A program made the translations under genes and the position numbers. The notes beneath the pieces were generated by a model. It was not told the DNA's origin and did not search any database. It saw nothing but the letters and a program-made list of their open reading frames with translations. Shown here one piece after another: positions 9,707-17,563 of a DNA stretch of 64,000 nt (within the stretch, counting starts at the first letter, position 1; every line of letters starts with the position of its first letter). The stretch is taken from IMG/VR virus record IMGVR_UViG_3300021197_001489, positions 248,001-312,000 of that record; one strand, 5' to 3'.

Positions 9707-12020
9707 AATTACACTTGGACTAATGGCATGTACAGCACTGAGTGCTTGTGGCGGCGGCTCAGGTGGCGGTGGGCCAGTAGTTGGTGGCCCACCTAGTAGT
9801 CAATATTATACAACACCTGTAGCGCAAGGCACAGTTGATCCGTTGGCAGGTGCTGCTGAAAATGCAGCATTTGTTGGCGACACATTTATCACTGATTTAG
9901 ATGGTGATGGAGCTACTGACGACATTGTAATGGCAGGCAGACAAACACAGCCTGTATCAGCAGCAAATATTCGTGATAGCAGACTGAGCGTACACTCGTT
10001 TGAGAATGGACAATTGGTTGATAAAACTGCACAGTGGTTTTCAGGAACTGACAATGTAATAATGGGCACAGAGCCTGACGTGCAATTTAGAGATTTCTTT
10101 AAGACAGGCAAACAGGATATGTTTGTATCGCACAGCACTGATATGCAACACTACGGTCCAGCTACATTTTTCCGCAACAATGGCAGCAACTTTACAAAAG
10201 TATCAATCCCTACAGTAGGTATTTGGTCACATGGCAGTGATGTTGGCGATCTCAACAACGACAGCTATGATGACATTATCATGCTGGACTATGGACCAAA
10301 CTCAACTATTGCACTGAACAATACTGTAGATGGATTTACAACATATGTTGATCCACGTGGTCGTAACGGCCATTTTAAAAGTGGAGGATCAGGTGTTGCC
10401 ATTGGTAATTTTATGAATGATGGCGGCAACAATGAAATTATTGTAAGTGACGGTGCGTGTCCATTGCAGTATCTCAATGTTGTTGGATGCGACAATGCAA
10501 ATAGAACCAAAATGTTCAGTGTGGATTTTACTGGCGGTACGTTAACATACACATTTATTAAAGATCTACCATCAGGCGCAAATGCAGCAAACGTCGATCA
10601 CCATGTGAGAGTTGTTAATCATGATTACAACGAAGATGGCAATGCTGATGTGATTGTGTTCTCTCGGACAAGTAGCTCTTGGAGTACAGAACTTAGCGAG
10701 ATACAGTTTTTGCAAAATGACGGTAGCGGTAACTTCACTGACACTACAGCAGATACACTGATTGGATATAAAACTGATACAGCTAGTACTTACAAGCCAA
10801 AATTCTTTGATATCAATGGCGATGGAAAAACTGATATACTGGTAAGTGGTACAGAGTTCGAAGGTAATGGTGGCGGATATAACAGTCATCAGTTTTTGCT
10901 AAAAACAGCCGATAACAAATATATTGCTGCTCATCAAAATATTCTAAAAAACTTTATGAACGATGTTGAAAGCATTGCAACGGGCAACGTCAGTGGCTCA
11001 AGTGTTAACATCTTTCAAGGTGATGATGGTAACCAGTATCTTGTAACATGGGCTAGCACGTCTAGTGTGAGTAGTGACACAAAACTTACACTGTTTATGA
11101 GTCGTCTTGATGATAGTGCAACCACTATCAGTGCTGGAACTGCGGTAACTATGTTGCAAAATGCTTGGCCGTACCTAAGTGATGCACAAGCAACACAGGC
11201 ACTGCTCGATACTAGCACAAGTTTTGCTGGTGGCAATATCATTGATATGAACCGTGCGTATCAGCCAATTGGTAACTTGGCAATGGGAGGCTTGGACTTA
11301 ACTGGCTCAATCACAGGCTTTGATATTGGCAACATTACAGGAATGGCAACTGACAGCCTTGGACGCGGTTACGGTATAGATCTTGCCCAGGCAAACATTG
11401 TGAACACAGGCACTGCTATGTACAACAGTATTGACACAGTGCGCAACGCCTACACTGACGGCGAAGTACACTTTGGTGCAGACAGCGACACACAGCAATG
11501 GACAGTGGGCAACAGCTATTATAAAAATGGTAACGTAGATGTTAGCATGCACATGACACAGTTGAACAGCAACCCTTGGATTGGTTTTAGCGGTGTATGG
11601 GGCGATGTTAAAAACGCCAGCATCATTGACAATGTTGTTACCTACAAGCAGGACAATGTCACACTAAAAGGCAGTGTAATGCATGTGAGTACAAACTTTA
11701 CGCCAGGACTGATCACAGATGTATCCAAGCAAACAGGTGCATGGGCTGAAGCCAGTTACAGTGACGGCGGGTTCCGTGCAGATGTTGGTGTACATCCTGT
11801 TATGTTGTCAGGGTCGGTAACGGCAAACGTTCCAACCAGCATTGACAATACAGGGACAACACACTATACAAACTACAAGTTTGCTTTGCCTAGTAACATT
11901 AATGGTTACATTCGCAGCCAATACAGCACTCCACTTAAACTAGGCAAGTTGAATGTAGCAGCCGCAGTTAGTCAAACAGGGCAGCAAACTACTAGTGTTG
12001 AATATTTCTTTAAATGGTAA
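9693..12020 (+). CDS. Lipoprotein with FG-GAP/VCBS repeats and predicted C-terminal outer-membrane beta-barrel (autotransporter-like)
   Basis: Lipobox LSA-C; repeats DLDGDG, DLNNDS, DYNEDG, DINGDG; alternating beta-strand C-terminus ending YFFKW. Confidence 0.7.
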   Translation: MNYTKITLGLMACTALSACGGGSGGGGPVVGGPPSSQYYTTPVAQGTVDPLAGAAENAAFVGDTFITDLDGDGATDDIVMAGRQTQPVSAANIRDSRLSVHSFENGQLVDKTAQWFSGTDNVIMGTEPDVQFRDFFKTGKQDMFVSHSTDMQHYGPATFFRNNGSNFTKVSIPTVGIWSHGSDVGDLNNDSYDDIIMLDYGPNSTIALNNTVDGFTTYVDPRGRNGHFKSGGSGVAIGNFMNDGGNNEIIVSDGACPLQYLNVVGCDNANRTKMFSVDFTGGTLTYTFIKDLPSGANAANVDHHVRVVNHDYNEDGNADVIVFSRTSSSWSTELSEIQFLQNDGSGNFTDTTADTLIGYKTDTASTYKPKFFDINGDGKTDILVSGTEFEGNGGGYNSHQFLLKTADNKYIAAHQNILKNFMNDVESIATGNVSGSSVNIFQGDDGNQYLVTWASTSSVSSDTKLTLFMSRLDDSATTISAGTAVTMLQNAWPYLSDAQATQALLDTSTSFAGGNIIDMNRAYQPIGNLAMGGLDLTGSITGFDIGNITGMATDSLGRGYGIDLAQANIVNTGTAMYNSIDTVRNAYTDGEVHFGADSDTQQWTVGNSYYKNGNVDVSMHMTQLNSNPWIGFSGVWGDVKNASIIDNVVTYKQDNVTLKGSVMHVSTNFTPGLITDVSKQTGAWAEASYSDGGFRADVGVHPVMLSGSVTANVPTSIDNTGTTHYTNYKFALPSNINGYIRSQYSTPLKLGKLNVAAAVSQTGQQTTSVEYFFKW

Positions 12021-12028
12021 AAAGAAAG

Positions 12029-12059
12029 TTGACAAAGGGGTAGTTTTCCTGTATAAATA
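12029..12059 (+). promoter_or_regulatory. Overlapping sigma70 promoter and T4-type late promoter for hsp20
   Basis: TTGACA (12029)-17 bp-TATAAA; the same bases form TATAAATA (12052-12059). Confidence 0.75.
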
Positions 12060-12061
12060 AT

Positions 12062-12122
12062 ATTGTAAGTTGCTTAACAGGACTTACAATTTAAATCTTG
12101 CTTTTAAAGGAGAAACAAAATG
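12062..12122 (+). promoter_or_regulatory. ROSE-like RNA thermometer in the hsp20 5'UTR
   Basis: 9-bp hairpin ATTGTAAGT/ACTTACAAT, then TCTTGCT-TTTAA-AGGAGA pairing the SD with a bulged G. Confidence 0.7.
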
Positions 12123-12593
12123 ACAAGACTAACCTCACTAGACCTCACACCATTTTATCGTAACGCAGTTGGATTTGATTCACTGTTTGATCGTATGACT
12201 GCCAACATTGATATGGCTGCATCAAGTGGTGGGCAAAACTATCCACCCTATGATATCATTCGTACCGGTGACGAAACCTACAGAATTCAAATTGCTGTTG
12301 CAGGTTTCCAACTAGCTGATATCAAGATCGAACTAGAAAATGGCACATTGAATATTACAGGGCACCAATACAAGCCAGACGTTTCAAAAGAAGACGGCGG
12401 GCAGCTTGCTAACAATGAAGAGTATCTGCACAGAGGAATTTCAAACAGAAACTTCCATCGATCATTTAATTTAGCAGACTACGTCGAAGTTAAAGGTGCG
12501 ACCATTAAGGATGGGATACTCAAAATTGAACTTGAAAGAGTTATTCCTGAGGTAATGAAACCTAAAACCATTGAAATTAAGCACGAATCCTAA
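12120..12593 (+). CDS. ibpA: Small heat shock protein Hsp20 (IbpA-like)
   Basis: GFD.LF, NYPPYDII, AVAGF, YLHRGIS.R.F.RSF.LA, DGILKIEL. Confidence 0.96.
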   Translation: MTRLTSLDLTPFYRNAVGFDSLFDRMTANIDMAASSGGQNYPPYDIIRTGDETYRIQIAVAGFQLADIKIELENGTLNITGHQYKPDVSKEDGGQLANNEEYLHRGISNRNFHRSFNLADYVEVKGATIKDGILKIELERVIPEVMKPKTIEIKHES

Positions 12594-12655
12594 AACTTCA
12601 GATAAGTACAAGTATGCAGAGGGTAATCCTCTGCGTACAGTACAGAGAGAAAACA

Positions 12656-12961
12656 ATGAGCGAAGCAGAAACAAAAACTAAAGTTAGCATCAATGAGCAA
12701 CTCAAAGAGCCTAGTTTGTTTAAACTTATCTACGTCAACGACAACGAAACTGCTATGGAGTTTGTGGTTGAATCATTGGTAGAGATATTTGATTATGCAC
12801 CTACAACCGCTGAAAATTTGACTATTCGTGTACACGAAGAAGGTTCAGCTACAGTAGCAGTGTTGCCATTTGAGATGGCCGAACAAAAAGGTATTGAAGT
12901 TACAGTAAGTGCTAGAGGCGCAGGCTACCCACTTCAGGTCAAACTAGAACCAGAAGTTTAG
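12656..12961 (+). CDS. clpS: ATP-dependent Clp protease adaptor ClpS
   Basis: EP..FKLIYVND..T.MEFVV..L, VHEEG.A.VA, E.AEQK, YPLQVKLEP. Start moved to ATG 12656. Confidence 0.9.
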   Translation: MSEAETKTKVSINEQLKEPSLFKLIYVNDNETAMEFVVESLVEIFDYAPTTAENLTIRVHEEGSATVAVLPFEMAEQKGIEVTVSARGAGYPLQVKLEPEV

Positions 12962-13773
12962 TCGATTACAATACGTTTTGGATAATAAACATGCTTGCAC
13001 CAATCGGTGCCAGCTCTTCCCCTGGCATTGTTTGTATATCGTATGCCATTTATAATTGTATCAACATCACTGTGATAATGTCCAAACACCCAAGTATGTA
13101 CTTTGTGTTCGTGATCTTCTTCTAAACACCTGGTAAGAAAACTATTACCAGTACAATTTAAACTGTGCGAACCTTCCAATGCTACATCATGTCTAACTAA
13201 ATTTACATCAGGAACAAAATGAGATACCAGAACGATATGCTTAATATCAACATGAGTCTGTAACTTTTCGACTGTTTTACACAGAAATCCAGCATCACTC
13301 ATGGCCATTGCTTCGATGTTTTGTCCAGCAAACATATCAATGCCATAGCGTTCTTCAAACCAACGTTTGCTATCAGCATAAGAAAGGTCATTATCAAAGT
13401 CGAAGTTGGTCCAACCGTTGGTACCAACAAATGCCACACCATCGATTATCAGTGTGTTATCTTGCAACCAAATAACATCCGGAATGTTTTCTATTTCTTT
13501 GTGTAGTGTTTTATAACTGTCAGCAAGGTCATGCATTGTCCAACGGTGTTCGTCATTGCCGTCAACATACATTACAACTTTGTAATGATTGGTAAGCTCT
13601 TCCAGCACTGGGCATAAGTCTGCACGTTCTCTGCTGATATCACCAGCAACAACAGCATACAAACTGGTGGCTTTGCCTTCCCAGCTAAACGGTTCATCCC
13701 ATGTATCAACATGTAGATCAGAAATTAAATCGAAGGTTATGTTCATATCATAACTACTTACACAAGGAGACAA
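12958..13773 (-). CDS. Calcineurin-like metallophosphoesterase
   Basis: Motifs SDLH, AGD, GNDEH, VSH, FGHYH. Confidence 0.9.
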   Translation of the reverse strand: MSPCVSSYDMNITFDLISDLHVDTWDEPFSWEGKATSLYAVVAGDISRERADLCPVLEELTNHYKVVMYVDGNDEHRWTMHDLADSYKTLHKEIENIPDVIWLQDNTLIIDGVAFVGTNGWTNFDFDNDLSYADSKRWFEERYGIDMFAGQNIEAMAMSDAGFLCKTVEKLQTHVDIKHIVLVSHFVPDVNLVRHDVALEGSHSLNCTGNSFLTRCLEEDHEHKVHTWVFGHYHSDVDTIINGIRYTNNARGRAGTDWCKHVYYPKRIVID

Positions 13774-13775
13774 GC

Positions 13776-14123
13776 ATGCATATTATTCTTGGCGAAGAAG
13801 CCGCTGCACCAATGAGAAGCAAGTATACAGTGTTACCACTTGATGATATGAAGGTGGGCGATGCACCTGTATTAACTGCTTATTGCATAGTAGAAAATCT
13901 TCCAGTAACTGAACTAGAACAACTAGAGCACACAGTAAATTTACACAACAAGTTGGTTGAAAATTACAAAAAACCAGACTTTGGTTTTTGTGAGCAAGCA
14001 CTGGATCATCTTAAAGGCAAATGGGGCAAGCAACTTGACAGTTTCTATGATGTTCTAAGCGATCGCATTGGCAAATACAAAGACACAGATTTGTCAAATT
14101 GGGATCCAGTACTTTACAAATAG
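13776..14123 (+). CDS. Hypothetical protein
   Basis: RBS AAGGAG before ATG 13776; divergent from the phosphoesterase. Confidence 0.55.
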   Translation: MHIILGEEAAAPMRSKYTVLPLDDMKVGDAPVLTAYCIVENLPVTELEQLEHTVNLHNKLVENYKKPDFGFCEQALDHLKGKWGKQLDSFYDVLSDRIGKYKDTDLSNWDPVLYK

Positions 14124-14132
14124 GAGAATAAC

Positions 14133-14408
14133 ATGTGGGAAATGATTGAACGTATGGCCAGTGATAGACTGTGGATATACACAGCATTAGCGGGCTCAGT
14201 ATTTGGTGCTGCATTTGTAGCATATCTCAGTACCACACGAGTTGGGCTTTGGGCGTATGCAAAGTTTGACCTTGTAATAGATTATCTTGTACAACGTTGG
14301 GGATGGACCTGGTTGCAACAACCAGATGATGCCTGGCGTAAGCGTTATCCTCGTATAACTGCTAAAATCGACGAACTCGAACAGCGTATCAAACAGTTAG
14401 AAAAATAA
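14133..14408 (+). CDS. Hypothetical membrane protein
   Basis: TAGGAG RBS; one TM helix and a C-terminal coiled coil. Confidence 0.6.
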   Translation: MWEMIERMASDRLWIYTALAGSVFGAAFVAYLSTTRVGLWAYAKFDLVIDYLVQRWGWTWLQQPDDAWRKRYPRITAKIDELEQRIKQLEK

Positions 14409-14491
14409 TTGTTTTGGGGCTATAGAGATAAGTAAAGCGAGAATAAAAACTGCTCTTTACTTCTCAATTGTTAACAATAAGGAAAAAATTA

Positions 14492-15331
14492 ATGAAGAAA
14501 ATTTTAATGGCTGCCACTGTGGCGGCTCTAATGTCTACCTCTGCACTTGCAGAAATTACTATTGGGGGTGACATGGAATGGTCATTCCAAGACTCAAACG
14601 GTACATCAAGTAGTGCAGTTGATGGCGATATCAACATCAAGCCAAGTATCACTACTGAAGCAGGATTAACAATTGGTGCTGATTTCAATATCAATCAAGA
14701 CGGCAACGATGATGGAGGCAACAGCCTAACTATCTCGGGCGGCTTTGGTAAAGTTGATCTTGGTGACGTTAACTCTGCCACTGATGCAATTGACGACGTA
14801 ACAGATTGGGGCAAGGTGCTTACTAACGGTTCGCCAAGTACAGACCATGCAGCAATTCTTTCACTGTCACCATTTGCCGGTGCAAAGATCCACGTTTCGG
14901 GTGCTGCTGACAGCAACTATGGCACAACAGCAGGCGCAGGTTATGCCTATGCCGGTACATATGATATTGGTTCAATTGCAACAGTCGGTTATGGCAAGTT
15001 GGAAAACAACAACGACTCAAGTGAAACAGTCATGAACGTCAAAGGTTCAATGGGTCCAATTGGCCTTGGCTACGAGAAGCACACTGCTACAACAGCAGCT
15101 AAAGTAGACACTGATACAACATCAATGTCAGCTGCGTTCACAATGGGTGCAACAACAGTTGCACTTGAGTTGATGAATACAGAAAGTGCTGGTACAAAAT
15201 CAAGTGACGAAACTACATATGGTGTTCACCACACAGTTGCACCTGGTTTAGTTGCTTTTGCTGAGTACACTGACGATGATAAAACAGCGTCCGAAGAAAC
15301 AACAGCAATTGGTATTGCAATGACATTCTAA
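14492..15331 (+). CDS. Outer-membrane porin (alphaproteobacterial general-porin-like)
   Basis: Signal peptide MKKILMAATVAALMSTSALA; N-terminus EITIGG; amphipathic beta strands; terminal Phe (GIAMTF). Confidence 0.88.
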   Translation: MKKILMAATVAALMSTSALAEITIGGDMEWSFQDSNGTSSSAVDGDINIKPSITTEAGLTIGADFNINQDGNDDGGNSLTISGGFGKVDLGDVNSATDAIDDVTDWGKVLTNGSPSTDHAAILSLSPFAGAKIHVSGAADSNYGTTAGAGYAYAGTYDIGSIATVGYGKLENNNDSSETVMNVKGSMGPIGLGYEKHTATTAAKVDTDTTSMSAAFTMGATTVALELMNTESAGTKSSDETTYGVHHTVAPGLVAFAEYTDDDKTASEETTAIGIAMTF

Positions 15332-15354
15332 TTTAGAATAAACTAAACTTTAAA

Positions 15355-15380
15355 TGGGCAGTTACGACTGCCTATTTTTT
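15355..15380 (+). terminator. Rho-independent terminator after the porin
   Basis: GGCAGT-TACG-ACTGCC stem followed by a T run. Confidence 0.85.
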
Positions 15381-15452
15381 ATGGCCATTATATATACACA
15401 GTTATCGCAACACAGCAAGTTAAATATTTGATTGAATTAGGAGATTAAGTAT

Positions 15453-15683
15453 TTGGTATGGGTTTTAGTTGTGGTTAATTTGTTATCCACAGGTCCAAGT
15501 TGGGAGCTCAAAGGCGTTTTTGAAACCAGCGAGGCATGTCAAGTTTTGCTTGAAAAAATTAAAAAAGATAACGCAGGCGTTAATGGCGAAGACTACCACA
15601 ACGGTGAGTTTGCAGTGAACACCACTGCGTTCTGTATACAAACAGACAAAGTGGACAAGGAAGACGTTCCGGACGCAAAATAA
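15453..15683 (+). CDS. Small two-Cys hydrophobic protein (paralog family)
   Basis: Hydrophobic N-terminus, FETSEAC...C pattern. Confidence 0.55.
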   Translation: MVWVLVVVNLLSTGPSWELKGVFETSEACQVLLEKIKKDNAGVNGEDYHNGEFAVNTTAFCIQTDKVDKEDVPDAK

Positions 15684-15800
15684 ATTTTACAAAAAAACCA
15701 TAATACTTACACTATGCAGTTAACTTATTAAACAATACTGATTAAATAATTTTGTCCAGGAGCTAGATGATGCCTGTACCTGGCACGGGCGGAGAAAAAA

Positions 15801-16277
15801 ATGATTGCCGAAGGTTTGGCCGCTATATCACTTGTAAAAGCAAGTGTGGATTTTATCAAGAGCAACATTGATACTGCTAAGGATATCGGTGAGATTGCCG
15901 GAGCCGTTGACGGACTATTCAAGGGACGCGACGAAGTTCAACATGCCCGAAATAAAGCAGGTAAACCGGGCATTGGCGATCAATTTGGTATTAAAAGTGT
16001 TGCTCAGGAAGTCATTGATGCCAAAGTTGCTGAAGAACAACTAGCAGAAATGGCCAGGCTGATTGACATTAGATTTGGTCACGGAACATGGCATGGCATC
16101 CTTGCGGAACGTGCGAAGCGTATACAAGAAGCAAAAGAAGCACGACTTGCAGCCAGACGCAAAGCACAGCGTGAATACAAGGAAATGATGGAACTAGTAC
16201 AATCAATAATAATTTGTATTGTCATTGGTATTGCAGTAATGGCGATTGGCTATGCTGCTTGGCAAGTGTATTCATGA
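15801..16277 (+). CDS. Hypothetical protein with C-terminal TM anchor
   Basis: GGAG RBS; helical body; C-terminal hydrophobic segment. Confidence 0.65.
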   Translation: MIAEGLAAISLVKASVDFIKSNIDTAKDIGEIAGAVDGLFKGRDEVQHARNKAGKPGIGDQFGIKSVAQEVIDAKVAEEQLAEMARLIDIRFGHGTWHGILAERAKRIQEAKEARLAARRKAQREYKEMMELVQSIIICIVIGIAVMAIGYAAWQVYS

Positions 16278-16453
16278 TACACGCATTCATGCTGGTGGTG
16301 TTACTTAATGGTGCCCAGCTACGTTCTGAACCAATGTACTTTATAGACATCGACAGATGCTTGTACTTTGCTGAACGTCTACAAAAGCAAAAAAACTTCT
16401 CTGCATATTGCAAACCAGCTTACGTCCAGCAAGGGCCTACAGTATACCGCTAA
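16274..16453 (+). CDS. Small two-Cys hydrophobic protein (YdfD/DUF1482-like pattern)
   Basis: MIHAFMLVVLL...YFIDIDRC...AYCKP. Confidence 0.55.
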   Translation: MIHAFMLVVLLNGAQLRSEPMYFIDIDRCLYFAERLQKQKNFSAYCKPAYVQQGPTVYR

Positions 16454-16485
16454 TAAATACAGTAGGATACTAATAGGAGTACATC

Positions 16486-16965
16486 ATGGCGGAAATAGAG
16501 TATGGCGGAATCAAAGTAGGCGGCAGTAAGCTACTACTGGTATTACCACTTATTGGCACACTTGGCGGCGGCTTGTGGGCAGGCTTTGAATTCTACAAAG
16601 ACTACACCAACATGAAAGAGATCATTGCAAACATTGACACTGATCAAATTGCTAGCCAGCAAAAACTAATTGATCAACAGCTCAGTGATGCGATAGACTA
16701 TTCACGTGATATCAAGAATGGCCTACGTGAAGACATTGTAAGACTTGAACGTATTGTTGACAAAGTAGAAGATGATATGAACAAGTTGGAAGACAAGACA
16801 CGCACCTATGTTGACGATGCCGAAAAACGCTTTGATACCAAACGTGATGCACTGTTGAATCAATATGTTGCACAAAAGGACATCTTGATTGACAAGGTCG
16901 AGCAACTTAAAAAGTACATGGATAACAAACTTCAGAGAGCTCTTGACAACCCACTTGCAAAATAA
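16486..16965 (+). CDS. Single-TM coiled-coil protein (cassette gene 1)
   Basis: N-terminal TM helix, long heptad repeat; TAAATAC promoter and TAGGAG RBS upstream. Confidence 0.7.
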   Translation: MAEIEYGGIKVGGSKLLLVLPLIGTLGGGLWAGFEFYKDYTNMKEIIANIDTDQIASQQKLIDQQLSDAIDYSRDIKNGLREDIVRLERIVDKVEDDMNKLEDKTRTYVDDAEKRFDTKRDALLNQYVAQKDILIDKVEQLKKYMDNKLQRALDNPLAK

Positions 16966-17005
16966 AAAAATGTGTAAATACAATTACAAACTGGAGAAGA
17001 ATGTT

Positions 17006-17563
17006 GTGTTAAGAATACTATTTGCACTATTATTAACGATGACTGCTGGAACTGCCGTTGCACAAACCACAAGCACGGTTAATACAGACAGTAAAAGTAA
17101 CAGCACAGTAAACACTGAGGCTGATACAAAAACTATTGTGATTTCACCTCCGGGTAGTGCTATATCGCCTAACGTGAGTGCATCAAGCAGTGACTTGTGT
17201 ACAGTAGGAGTTGCTGGTGCAGTACAAACACAGATATTGGGTATAAGTTCAGGCGAAACTGTACGAGATCCAAACTGTGAAAGATTAAAGTTATCTAAAA
17301 CACTTTATGATATGGGTATGAAAGTTGCCGCAGTGAGTGTACTTTGTCAAGATGCTAGAGTGCATGATGCTATGAAGATGGCAGGTACACCATGTCCGTA
17401 TTTAGGTGCAATTGGACAGGCCGCACAAGACGAGTGGGACGCCAATCCTCATAACATCCCAGAACCTGTAGTATTGGAGACCAAACAAGATGTTCAAAAA
17501 AGAAACGGTGCTATCGCTGCTGGCGGCATTAGTATTGGTTTGTTGCTTCTCCTCTTACTCTAA
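17006..17563 (+). CDS. Secreted Cys-containing protein with C-terminal TM anchor (cassette gene 2)
   Basis: Signal peptide, Ser/Thr linker, four Cys (DLC, NCERLK, LCQD, TPCP), C-terminal poly-Leu. GTG start inferred from the RBS. Confidence 0.7.
   Translation: MLRILFALLLTMTAGTAVAQTTSTVNTDSKSNSTVNTEADTKTIVISPPGSAISPNVSASSSDLCTVGVAGAVQTQILGISSGETVRDPNCERLKLSKTLYDMGMKVAAVSVLCQDARVHDAMKMAGTPCPYLGAIGQAAQDEWDANPHNIPEPVVLETKQDVQKRNGAIAAGGISIGLLLLLLL

Noticed and set aside
15762-15800. Small hairpin GCCTGT/ACGGGC and upstream out-of-frame ATG before 15801
   Set aside because: A 6-bp stem with a wobble is expected by chance, and there is no further support.
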